In this document: positions 54,463 to 63,140 of the stretch, one piece after another
Position numbering within the stretch: the stretch's first letter is position 1
How the letters are laid out: every line of letters begins with the position of its first letter
Sequence record: LC680885.1
DNA length: 64,000 nt
Strand: one strand, 5' to 3'
From: Staphylococcus phage S6
Notes under the pieces: model-generated
Database searches by the model: none
The model's input: only the letters and a program-made list of their open reading frames with translations
What the model was told of the DNA's origin: nothing
Translations under genes and position numbers: made by a program

Positions 54463-56376
54463 ATGACAAATGAAGAAATTGTTTTAGATTTAAAATTAGG
54501 TAAGTATAATGATTATTTACACTCAGATAATTATTTTGAAATTTTAGAAGATTTAAAGAAAGATATTATTAGTAATCCTCAAAAAAGAATGGAAGACTAT
54601 TTTGAAGACAATATATCTAAAAGTAATTATTTCACTTTATTAGTATTAGGTAAACCTTTTAGAGATATGAATAAAGAGTTTACGGAAGAATACTTAGTTA
54701 ATCCAACTGATATTGAAGATTATTATGATTATTTTGACAAAGTTGTTGTTAATTTTATTCATGAAGGACATGATCCAATAAAAGTTAGTCAATCTATTGC
54801 ATTTATTATTGATGAATTAACTATATTTTCAAATGAATATATTTTACCTTTAGATGGACCATCTATTTCATTATACGATATTATGAGATTGGCTAATGAA
54901 GATAAAGAAGTAGAAAAATTAATTAACTTTGATAAAGAAGATATTGACCCTAGCTTAAACTATCAGCAAATTATCAATGAAGTTCAAAAACCTAATATGC
55001 ATAAATTAATTGATCGTATTAAATCTGATAAAGAAAATGATTATAAAACTTTCTTACATTCAGGAACAGGTATTAATAAGATACAATTGAATGAGGTTTT
55101 AAGTTTCGTAGGATACAAACCAGATATTCGTGGCGATGTTGTAACTGATATTATTGATACCTCATTCATGCGTGGTTTAAAAGATACAACACAATTTGCT
55201 ATTGATGCAGAATCTTCATTAAACGCATTAATGAACTCTAAGAATAAAGTACGTGAATCAGGATACTTAAACCGTAAAATTACTTTATTAACTTCAGATT
55301 TAAAATTATCAGAAAATGAAGATTGTGAAAGTAAACATTTTGTTTACGTTAATATGAATAGTCAAGATAAATTAGATAGATTTAATGATAGATTCTATTA
55401 TGATGATACAGATCAAGAATTAAAATTAATTAATTCTAAAGAAGATAGTCATTTAATAGGACAGATTGTTCCATTACGTTCTCCTATTACATGTGCTGAA
55501 TCTAAAGGAAAAATATGTCAAACTTGTTATGGTAAACGTTTATATAACATTAATAGAAACTTATCTGTAGGTATATTAGCTACTTTAAGATTAACAGAAC
55601 CTATGACTCAAAAATTACTATCAACAAAACACTTACAAGCTGTACAGTTATCTGAATTCTCTTGGCCAGATATCTTTAAAGAACACTTTGAATTCTCTGG
55701 AGACAATATTGTTCCACGTAATGAAAAGACTAAGGTTATTATTGATGAAATGGTTATTAATGAAGATTATGAATATGGAAGATATAAAGCTAACAGTTTT
55801 AAATTTAAAGTAGGTACTAAAACTCATACTGTTAAATCACCTGTAACTCTTAAAATACCAGATCAAAATATTGAAACTATGGATAAGTTTTACGATGAAG
55901 ATGAAAATGCATTTATATTCAGTATGAAAGACTTAAAAGAGAATTTCTTATTCAATATTAAAATTAAAAATGAAGGTGTTGCTGACCCACTTCTTAAAAT
56001 ACGTTCTATATTAGAAAGTACTAAATACATTAGAAATGATTATGAAGAAAATAACTATCAAGCAATGTTCAATGATGTAACAGATTTATTACTTAAATCA
56101 GGTACAGACGTTATGAGTGTTCATTTAGAGACTATTATTAGAAACATGGTATTCTTAAATGAAGATTATAAAGAAAGAACTAAATATAGAGATCCTGAAT
56201 TTGAACCTGATATTGAATTGAAAAATGTAGGTAGTGCTATTTTAAGTTCACCTTCACCAGTTCAATCATTAATCTTTGAAAAGATTAAAGCTCAGTTAAG
56301 CACTGATGAAACTAATAACTTCTTCAGTAAAGATGGGGATTCAATGTTCGATCCGTTATTTGATTTTGATATTTAA
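54463..56376 (+). CDS. Multisubunit RNA polymerase beta-prime-like subunit, C-terminal fragment (bridge helix + trigger-loop region)
   Basis: 'NKVRESGYLNRKITLLTSDL' aligns to the bridge helix 'TANSGYLTRRLVDVAQD'. 'RSPITCAESKGKICQTCYGKRL...VGILATLRLTEPMTQKLLSTKH' aligns to region G '[21 protein letters not shown]...[22 protein letters not shown]'. AAGGAGAATG RBS. Confidence 0.7.
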   Translation: MTNEEIVLDLKLGKYNDYLHSDNYFEILEDLKKDIISNPQKRMEDYFEDNISKSNYFTLLVLGKPFRDMNKEFTEEYLVNPTDIEDYYDYFDKVVVNFIHEGHDPIKVSQSIAFIIDELTIFSNEYILPLDGPSISLYDIMRLANEDKEVEKLINFDKEDIDPSLNYQQIINEVQKPNMHKLIDRIKSDKENDYKTFLHSGTGINKIQLNEVLSFVGYKPDIRGDVVTDIIDTSFMRGLKDTTQFAIDAESSLNALMNSKNKVRESGYLNRKITLLTSDLKLSENEDCESKHFVYVNMNSQDKLDRFNDRFYYDDTDQELKLINSKEDSHLIGQIVPLRSPITCAESKGKICQTCYGKRLYNINRNLSVGILATLRLTEPMTQKLLSTKHLQAVQLSEFSWPDIFKEHFEFSGDNIVPRNEKTKVIIDEMVINEDYEYGRYKANSFKFKVGTKTHTVKSPVTLKIPDQNIETMDKFYDEDENAFIFSMKDLKENFLFNIKIKNEGVADPLLKIRSILESTKYIRNDYEENNYQAMFNDVTDLLLKSGTDVMSVHLETIIRNMVFLNEDYKERTKYRDPEFEPDIELKNVGSAILSSPSPVQSLIFEKIKAQLSTDETNNFFSKDGDSMFDPLFDFDI

Positions 56377-56389
56377 AACAATATAATTC

Positions 56390-56421
56390 AACCAAACTTC
56401 TATTAACTTAGGAGTTTGGTT
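56390..56421 (+). terminator. Hairpin terminator ('aaccaaact..agtttggtt')
   Basis: 9-bp stem, 14-nt loop, located after the beta-prime C-fragment gene. Confidence 0.5.
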
Positions 56422-56449
56422 ATATATAATAACTTTGGAGGTTTTTAAT

Positions 56450-56740
56450 ATGGAAAATATACCAGAATATAGTTTATTAGGGAAATATAATTTTAATTAT
56501 GATAAAGAGAAATTAATAATGTCTATAATAAAAAATTGTCATATTGTCTTTAACACTCTTAATGAGGATGGAGAAAGAGATATTTATTTATTATCTGATT
56601 TAGAAATTAGTGACGATGGAATATTTTCTTTTGTATTAACTAAAGATGATTTACCAGTATCAGTTCATAATTTCTCAATTAAAGAAGTATATAATTTTGA
56701 TGAACTTAATAAATTAATAGTGAAAGAAATTAATTCTTAA
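56450..56740 (+). CDS. hypothetical protein
   Basis: ATG at 56450 with TGGAGGT 7 nt upstream (track start 56435 is a TTG). Confidence 0.5.
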   Translation: MENIPEYSLLGKYNFNYDKEKLIMSIIKNCHIVFNTLNEDGERDIYLLSDLEISDDGIFSFVLTKDDLPVSVHNFSIKEVYNFDELNKLIVKEINS

Positions 56741-56807
56741 AAAATTAATTTTTTATAATAACTGATAGATATAAAATTTTAAAGCAAAAAGGAGAATTTA
56801 ATTTAAC

Positions 56808-57254
56808 ATGGAAATTTTCAAATTAAAAGAATTAGAAGGTAAACAAGAACAAACAATCGAATTAACTGGTGATGATAAAAACCTTAAAGAAATTAGAGAG
56901 GCATTCTTTAACAGTCAATCAGGTACTTATATGGTAAATAAAACTATCAATGACAATATTGAAGAGTTCTTCAAACATTCTGAAGACGGAGTAACTGTAG
57001 ATGATGTTTATAAACTTAATGTAATTGTTGAAGATGATAAACAAATTACTTTAGTTAAAGCTGAAAAAGATGATCAATTTAAGAAAGGTTGTTTCTACAT
57101 GGTATTTGACTTAATGGGTTCTGTACCTGTTTATACTGATTTAGAAAATCCTGAAGCTACATTTGATTTGTCTGGTATGTTTAAAGAAGATGGATTTAAT
57201 TTCTTTGAAACTATTGCAGAAGTATTCCCTACTACTATTGAGCTTAAACAATAA
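56808..57254 (+). CDS. hypothetical protein
   Basis: 148 aa. AAAGGAG RBS. Confidence 0.5.
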   Translation: MEIFKLKELEGKQEQTIELTGDDKNLKEIREAFFNSQSGTYMVNKTINDNIEEFFKHSEDGVTVDDVYKLNVIVEDDKQITLVKAEKDDQFKKGCFYMVFDLMGSVPVYTDLENPEATFDLSGMFKEDGFNFFETIAEVFPTTIELKQ

Positions 57255-57271
57255 AGAAAGAAGCTGATAAT

Positions 57272-58819
57272 ATGGTAGTATTAAATGAAACAAGAAAAAT
57301 AAAAGTATCTGTATATCCTACTCGTATATTAGTTGAAAATTACGAGTTAGGATTTTGTTCTGCAATAGAAAGTTATCTATCAGTATGGGATAAAATATAT
57401 CATAAACATACTTATAAAGCTTTCAAATATGATGAAGAAAATAAAACTATATCTTTTCCAGCAGGTATTAATACTAAATTATTATTACAGTCATTAAAAA
57501 ATCATGGAGAAATTGATTATCAAGATTTTAGAGCAGTTGAAAATTTATTCTTTAAACCTAAGCCAAATTATGATGTTAAAATGAATTTTAAACCTAGAGA
57601 TCTTTTACAAAGAAAAGCTATAGAATTTTTAAATTCATTTAGTATATATGATCCATCAACACAAAAATTTCTTTCATTACAAACTGGTGAAGGTAAAACT
57701 TTCTGTGCTTTAAAATCAGTTATTGACAGAGAATTAGTACCTATGATTTTTGTTAATAACAATAAACTTAAAGAACAATGGGAAGAAAAAATAAAAGAGT
57801 ACACTAATGTTGATGATGAAAAGATATATGTGATTCAAGGGAGATCAAGTATTAATAAATTATTTAAAATGAAATCTAAAGAGAGAAATAAAATAGATTT
57901 CTATATAGTAATGTATAAAACGTTAAATTCTTTTATTCAAGAAGATGAAGAAAGATTACAAGAATTACTATTAAAAACTAAAGTAGGTATTAAAATATTT
58001 GATGAAGCACATTTAGATTTTCGAAGTTTAACTAATATTGATATACAAACAGATTTACCATCAATATACTTATCAGCTACACCTAGAAGATCTGACAAAT
58101 CAGAGAATATGGTATTTAGTAATATATTCTTAAAAACACCTATATTTAGTTCTGATAATTACGATAGACAAATCGCTAATAATAGAAAAATACCATCTAA
58201 ATATCATGATGTATTTATTATCAGATGGAATAGTAATCCTAAAGAAATTGAATTAGCTGATTTCATGAAAGCTTCTAAACGTAATGGTCTTAATGTAAAT
58301 CATTATAGTAAATACTTAATTGAAGAAGATAAAAGAAGAAAAGAATACTTTGATATTGTATTCAATATTATTAATAATGTCATTATGAAAGAAGAAGTTA
58401 AAAAGACTGTAGTTATGTTTAAATTAAAGAATATGATAGACGATTTTTATTCATATTTAGAAGATAAACTTGGACCTGAAGGATTAGAATTCTTAAACTG
58501 TATTAGATATTATGATGGTATTGATAAAGAAGAAAAAGATAAAGTATTAGAATCTAACTTAATTATTACTACTGATTTATCTTTAGGAACTGGAATAGAT
58601 ATACCTGATTTAAAAGCTGTAATTAATACAGTTCCTTTATCAAGTGAAAGTAAAGTAACTCAAATTATGGGTAGATTAAGATATATTGAAAATGAAAAAT
58701 TAATGTTCTTTGATCTAATTGATCATGGATTTAAGAAATTAGTTTCTCAAGGAAGTAATAGATTAAGAAATGTATATAAGAAGAAAGCTTTAAATATAAC
58801 TGATTTTAAAATTAAATAA
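57272..58819 (+). CDS. SF2 DEAH-box helicase
   Basis: Motif I 'LQTGEGKTF'. Motif II 'IFDEAHLDF'. Motif III-like 'YLSATP'. C-terminal 'TDLSLGTGIDIPD...QIMGRLRY' (motifs V and VI). Confidence 0.7.
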   Translation: MVVLNETRKIKVSVYPTRILVENYELGFCSAIESYLSVWDKIYHKHTYKAFKYDEENKTISFPAGINTKLLLQSLKNHGEIDYQDFRAVENLFFKPKPNYDVKMNFKPRDLLQRKAIEFLNSFSIYDPSTQKFLSLQTGEGKTFCALKSVIDRELVPMIFVNNNKLKEQWEEKIKEYTNVDDEKIYVIQGRSSINKLFKMKSKERNKIDFYIVMYKTLNSFIQEDEERLQELLLKTKVGIKIFDEAHLDFRSLTNIDIQTDLPSIYLSATPRRSDKSENMVFSNIFLKTPIFSSDNYDRQIANNRKIPSKYHDVFIIRWNSNPKEIELADFMKASKRNGLNVNHYSKYLIEEDKRRKEYFDIVFNIINNVIMKEEVKKTVVMFKLKNMIDDFYSYLEDKLGPEGLEFLNCIRYYDGIDKEEKDKVLESNLIITTDLSLGTGIDIPDLKAVINTVPLSSESKVTQIMGRLRYIENEKLMFFDLIDHGFKKLVSQGSNRLRNVYKKKALNITDFKIK

Positions 58820-58839
58820 TGAAAGGTTGTTGAGGTATT

Positions 58840-59550
58840 GTGTCCATTATATCTCGTGGAGAGGCTATTGATAATTATCAATACCTCAATGAATTATTTA
58901 TAAGTTTTAGAAAAGAAATTAATGAATTTTTATCTAGTGAGATATTTAAGATTAATCATACTGATTTTAAAAACTCTATTATAGGTAGTGTTAATTCAGA
59001 ATTTAAAGTTAAGGAAGAAAAAGATTCAATATGCTTATTATTAGAAGATAAATTTATTGAATTCGACCTTTATGAAGGATTTATTATCCTTTACAACTTT
59101 AAAGAGAATATTAGTTTAATGAAAGAAAAAATTGATATCCAAAAATCTATAATAGAAAATAAATTAGATACTAGATATAATTCTAATAATAAACTTAAAA
59201 ATAAGAATAAAAAGCTTAATAATGAAATAACTGAAAAGAATAATGAACTTAATGAAAGAATTAAATTAGGTGTTTTAACTAATGCATTACTAAATATGTT
59301 AAGAATGCCCAATTCATTTAAATTAAAAGAAGAAATAGATGAACTTAATAAAAGTATTGAGAAAAATAATCTAATTATAGAGAATAATGATAGTAATATA
59401 AAATTATTAGAAGAAGATAAGAAAGATATTAGTAAATATGATTTTAGGTTTGCCAATGATAAATATCTATTCAATAAGATTAGTGAGTTTGTACAGTACT
59501 TTAAAAACGAATATGGTTTTGAATTTTATATTAAAAATGATACTATATAA
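58840..59550 (+). CDS. hypothetical coiled-coil protein
   Basis: 236 aa. GTG start after TGAGGT. Confidence 0.45.
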   Translation: MSIISRGEAIDNYQYLNELFISFRKEINEFLSSEIFKINHTDFKNSIIGSVNSEFKVKEEKDSICLLLEDKFIEFDLYEGFIILYNFKENISLMKEKIDIQKSIIENKLDTRYNSNNKLKNKNKKLNNEITEKNNELNERIKLGVLTNALLNMLRMPNSFKLKEEIDELNKSIEKNNLIIENNDSNIKLLEEDKKDISKYDFRFANDKYLFNKISEFVQYFKNEYGFEFYIKNDTI

Positions 59551-59561
59551 GGAGTAAATAT

Positions 59562-60218
59562 ATGAATAGAGAATTAAGCAAATTAAGTTTAGAAGAGTTG
59601 AATGATTTAAAAGAAGAAATCAATAGATTTTTCAATAATGATTTATTTAAATTTCCAAGAAAAGGACTTGTAGAACATTTAACTTTACCTGTAGAACATT
59701 ATAATCTTTTAATAAGAAATATAATAGAAGATAGTGAATTGAAATTTACTTTTGTTGGTGCTGATATGATTATTTTTGATTTAAATGATTTGAAGGTGAA
59801 GATGTCTAATAAATATAAACATAACCTTCAATTAGCCAAAAAATCTCTATACTATAATTATGACGGTTTTTCAGATAGAGAAAGACTTTCAGATGTAATA
59901 AAAAACGAAAAAGAGTTAATAGAAGAAAGGTTTTTATTTGAAAATAATATAAAAGCTATTAATAATGAAATATCAAATATAGAGAATAAATTTGGTATTA
60001 AATTTATTTTTAGTGAAAATTTTGAAGGATACGAAATAGAAATAAATGAAAAATCTGATGAAGCAGAAATTTATATTTTAAAAAATAAAGAAGAAACTGA
60101 AAAAGATAATATAATTGAAGATAATAAAGTTACTAAAGAAAGTAATGAACATGAAATTACACATAGTAAAAAAGATTCTTTAATTAAAAGAATAATTAAG
60201 AGAGTGGTGAAATTTTAA
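59562..60218 (+). CDS. hypothetical protein
   Basis: 218 aa. AAGGAG RBS. Confidence 0.5.
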   Translation: MNRELSKLSLEELNDLKEEINRFFNNDLFKFPRKGLVEHLTLPVEHYNLLIRNIIEDSELKFTFVGADMIIFDLNDLKVKMSNKYKHNLQLAKKSLYYNYDGFSDRERLSDVIKNEKELIEERFLFENNIKAINNEISNIENKFGIKFIFSENFEGYEIEINEKSDEAEIYILKNKEETEKDNIIEDNKVTKESNEHEITHSKKDSLIKRIIKRVVKF

Positions 60219-60818
60219 ATGACTGAAGAAAAATTACCTGCATTAAATATTATTGCTTCTGCAGTAACTACTACACCTAAGACTAATACAGAGTTTATTA
60301 ATATGACATTTATGGTGGATAATCCTAAATTTAAAGATATGTATTTAGAATTTTCTGACATTGATTTATCAGAAGTATTTAAAAACGAAATGCTTAAAGA
60401 AGCTTATGAAAACGGTCAATTAGCAGAGTATACTAAAATTGATCAGACTTTAGATAATTACAATATTAGAATGATTAAAGATGATACAGTTATACAAATA
60501 CAACGTATTAGAGATTACTTTGAAGAATTATCTGAATATGCTGATAAATTAATATTCTGGGTTGATGAGATTACTTTATGGTCTCAGTTAATAGAATTAG
60601 TTTATGGAGGTTCATCAGATAACACATATGAATTACCTTCATATATTGACTTCCAACCTATTGACATAAAATCAGTAGTTAGAATGTCAGCTATAAGAGA
60701 TAATGATTATTCATATGCAGAAGAATTAATGGGAACAAGTGAATCACTAACAGATTCATCTTTATCAATTTCATCATTCTTATTAACATTCATTAAAAAT
60801 GCTGGAATATTAAAATAA
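60219..60818 (+). CDS. hypothetical protein
   Basis: 199 aa. Start overlaps the upstream stop (TAAATG). Confidence 0.5.
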   Translation: MTEEKLPALNIIASAVTTTPKTNTEFINMTFMVDNPKFKDMYLEFSDIDLSEVFKNEMLKEAYENGQLAEYTKIDQTLDNYNIRMIKDDTVIQIQRIRDYFEELSEYADKLIFWVDEITLWSQLIELVYGGSSDNTYELPSYIDFQPIDIKSVVRMSAIRDNDYSYAEELMGTSESLTDSSLSISSFLLTFIKNAGILK

Positions 60819-60822
60819 ATTT

Positions 60823-60847
60823 TTAAATATATATTATAAAGATGTAT
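60823..60847 (+). promoter_or_regulatory. Conserved promoter-like motif copy 8 ('ttaaatatatattataaagatgtat') + palindrome 'tattaataatagaatattattaata'
   Basis: Begins 5 nt after the stop of the 60219 gene. GGAGAG RBS of the 60889 gene lies downstream. Confidence 0.45.
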
Positions 60848-60888
60848 TAATAATAGAATATTATTAATATAAATAATTTAAATGGAGA

Positions 60889-62145
60889 GTGTCAGATATT
60901 ATGTTAACAAATTTTAAAGATCATTTACACAGAGGCGGAAACCTTTCAGTTTCAATTTATACTTTATTTACTAGAAAGAATAAAAATACTGGTAATGCTA
61001 TTCATGGTGAATATATTAATACGTATCAATCAAGTCAATATAACAATGTACCTTTCTTAAGTGAAATTGAAAATAATGGTAATCATTATATTTCTTTCTC
61101 TTATAACAAATTTCAACAAGGTCAAGCACCTATTCGTGAAGATGTATTAATTAGTTATCCACATTTACAAGAATTTAATAATTTCTTAAAAGCAACTTAT
61201 ACAAGTATTAGTGAGAATTTTAATAATATTTTCTCTAATAATCAAGTTAATCCAGATTACCAACAACATATTTGGCAATCACCAAAATTAGTGTCTGGTA
61301 AAGAAATTGCTATTGCTCCTGCAGTAATTCAAAATAATAGAACTAATAATTTTGAAATTGGTTTTAATATTATGGTAAATGATACTAATAAATATGATTT
61401 TGTATCAGCTAATACATTTATCAGTTTAGTTAATTTATTAGTTAGAATTACTAATGATCCATTAACATTCAGAAATCAATGTGTACAAGCTGAAATGCAA
61501 GCTAAAGAAATTGAAAATAATCAGTTATTAAAAGGGTTATTAAGAGCTCAAGGTTTACCTACAGACATGAGTAATCATCATATGGATGAAAAATCAGCTC
61601 AAGGTAATGCTCCACGTAATAATAACTTTAATAATAACAATGGTGGAGGTTTCAATAACAATAATCAATTCGGTAATTTTGGTGGTAATAACGGAAATTT
61701 TAACCAAGCTCCACAACAAAATAAATTTAATCAACAACAATCTAATAACCAATCTCAAGGAAATTCTTTTGGAAATTTTAATCAACCTCAACAACAACAG
61801 AATCAACAATCGGTACAACAGAATGACAATCCTTTCAATGTGAGTCCGCAACAATCAGCACCACAACAAAGTAATAGTAGTAATCCATTTGATGTTGGTC
61901 AAACGGATCAAATTAGTGATGATGATTTACCATTTGAAACTAAAGGAACTCCACAACAAGATGATAGACAAATTGATAAATCTAACATGTTTAAAGATGC
62001 TGAAGTTAACAAAGAATCAGGTTCTTTAGAAGACTTATCAAATACCGTAAATAATGAAAGTGAAGGTAAAGCTAGTTCTTTACTAGACGATTTCATTAAA
62101 AAAGGTAAAGAATCAGAACAAGAAGATGACGATTTAGGAATTTAA
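60889..62145 (+). CDS. SSB-like protein candidate: globular N-domain, Q/N/G-rich disordered linker, 'DDDLPF' acidic-tip-like motif and acidic C-terminus
   Basis: 418 aa. Low-complexity 'NNNFNNNNGGGFNNNNQFGNFGGNNGNFNQAPQQNKFNQQQSNNQSQGN..'. Then 'ISDDDLPFETKG' (compare the bacterial SSB tip DDDIPF). The sequence ends '..EQEDDDLGI'. Confidence 0.35.
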   Translation: MSDIMLTNFKDHLHRGGNLSVSIYTLFTRKNKNTGNAIHGEYINTYQSSQYNNVPFLSEIENNGNHYISFSYNKFQQGQAPIREDVLISYPHLQEFNNFLKATYTSISENFNNIFSNNQVNPDYQQHIWQSPKLVSGKEIAIAPAVIQNNRTNNFEIGFNIMVNDTNKYDFVSANTFISLVNLLVRITNDPLTFRNQCVQAEMQAKEIENNQLLKGLLRAQGLPTDMSNHHMDEKSAQGNAPRNNNFNNNNGGGFNNNNQFGNFGGNNGNFNQAPQQNKFNQQQSNNQSQGNSFGNFNQPQQQQNQQSVQQNDNPFNVSPQQSAPQQSNSSNPFDVGQTDQISDDDLPFETKGTPQQDDRQIDKSNMFKDAEVNKESGSLEDLSNTVNNESEGKASSLLDDFIKKGKESEQEDDDLGI

Positions 62146-62156
62146 GAATTAAATAA

Positions 62157-62217
62157 TATATGATCTAATATGGATAAACATCTGTATTAGATCATATATA
62201 CCTTTTATTTTTTATAA
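62157..62217 (+). terminator. Rho-independent terminator (14-bp stem 'tatatgatctaata'/'tattagatcatata' + T-run)
   Basis: Perfect inverted repeat 62157-62170/62185-62198, followed by 'taccttttattttttat'. Confidence 0.65.
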
Positions 62218-62229
62218 AAAATAAATAAA

Positions 62230-63081
62230 GTGAGTGAATATTATATGGCAAATAAAAAGGATCTAAGTGAGTTAGAAAGAATTATAAGTAGTATGGACAC
62301 TATTGATGTTAGAGAAGTTTTTAAAGATGTAAGAAGTTCAGATAATGTTAATGAAGAAGATGATTTAAATTCATCTAAATATAAAGGTGATATTAAAGGT
62401 TTAGTAACTAAAGAAGAGTATGAAAGTCTTCCATATTTAGGTAAACGTGTTATTCAGTTTATGGAAAATATTGCAGCTGATAAAGAAAATTTAGACTTTG
62501 AATCTTATTTTGAAAGATATGCAAAAGCATATGGTAAAGATGAAATTGATTCATTTAAAAACACTATGTATAGACTTAAAAGTAGTAAGGTTTTTACAAT
62601 ACAATCATTAATGACAATTACTGAAGCTATTGATTATAAAGTTCATATAATAACTGAAGAATTTAAAGGTATGGATGAATTAAGATTATATGAACCTAAA
62701 CGTAAAGTTAAATCTTCTAGATTTATGGGTAAATTAAAATTTGATTTAATGCCAGATGTTATATATGAAGACTTTATATTAGAGTTTGTAGAGTTTTTAG
62801 AAGAATTAGGAAAAGAAGGATATACTTTTGAGATGTTATTCGGAGAACTTGAAAATACTTCTGATGAGAAAAATCCTATAAGTAAAATTAAATCATCTAT
62901 GGATAAAATGATTAAGCAAGGTAAACTTACTTGGAAGACTATGGAAACTATAACAGAATCTTTAGGTATGAATATTAAAGTTGATTTTATAAAAGAAGTT
63001 ATTGATACTGATGAAGTCAATAAAATTGATGCTTCTAATCAAATACAACTAGAAGATGATAATATAATTCATAAGAAATAA
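62230..63081 (+). CDS. hypothetical protein
   Basis: 283 aa. GTGAGTG RBS-like context. Confidence 0.5.
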   Translation: MSEYYMANKKDLSELERIISSMDTIDVREVFKDVRSSDNVNEEDDLNSSKYKGDIKGLVTKEEYESLPYLGKRVIQFMENIAADKENLDFESYFERYAKAYGKDEIDSFKNTMYRLKSSKVFTIQSLMTITEAIDYKVHIITEEFKGMDELRLYEPKRKVKSSRFMGKLKFDLMPDVIYEDFILEFVEFLEELGKEGYTFEMLFGELENTSDEKNPISKIKSSMDKMIKQGKLTWKTMETITESLGMNIKVDFIKEVIDTDEVNKIDASNQIQLEDDNIIHKK

Positions 63082-63087
63082 AATATA

Positions 63088-63140
63088 TCCCCTAACCTTA
63101 TTAATTTAAGGTTAGGGGAATTTATATCATTTTTTTTTTA
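63088..63140. terminator. Bidirectional terminator (13-bp stem 'tcccctaacctta'/'taaggttagggga' + T9 run)
   Basis: Perfect hairpin 63088-63119 between convergent genes. Followed by 'atttatatcattttttttttatt' on the + strand, and T-rich on the minus side too. Confidence 0.7.

Noticed and set aside
59091-59474. 127-aa minus ORF
   Set aside because: Leu/Ser/Phe low-complexity antisense to the coiled-coil gene 58840-59550.
61586-61854. Overlapping + and - 85-aa ORFs inside 60889-62145
   Set aside because: Products of the AAT/CAA-rich Q/N low-complexity tract read in other frames. Not independent genes.
62643-63020. 125-aa minus ORF
   Set aside because: Antisense within 62230-63081. Ser/Ile-rich, no RBS.
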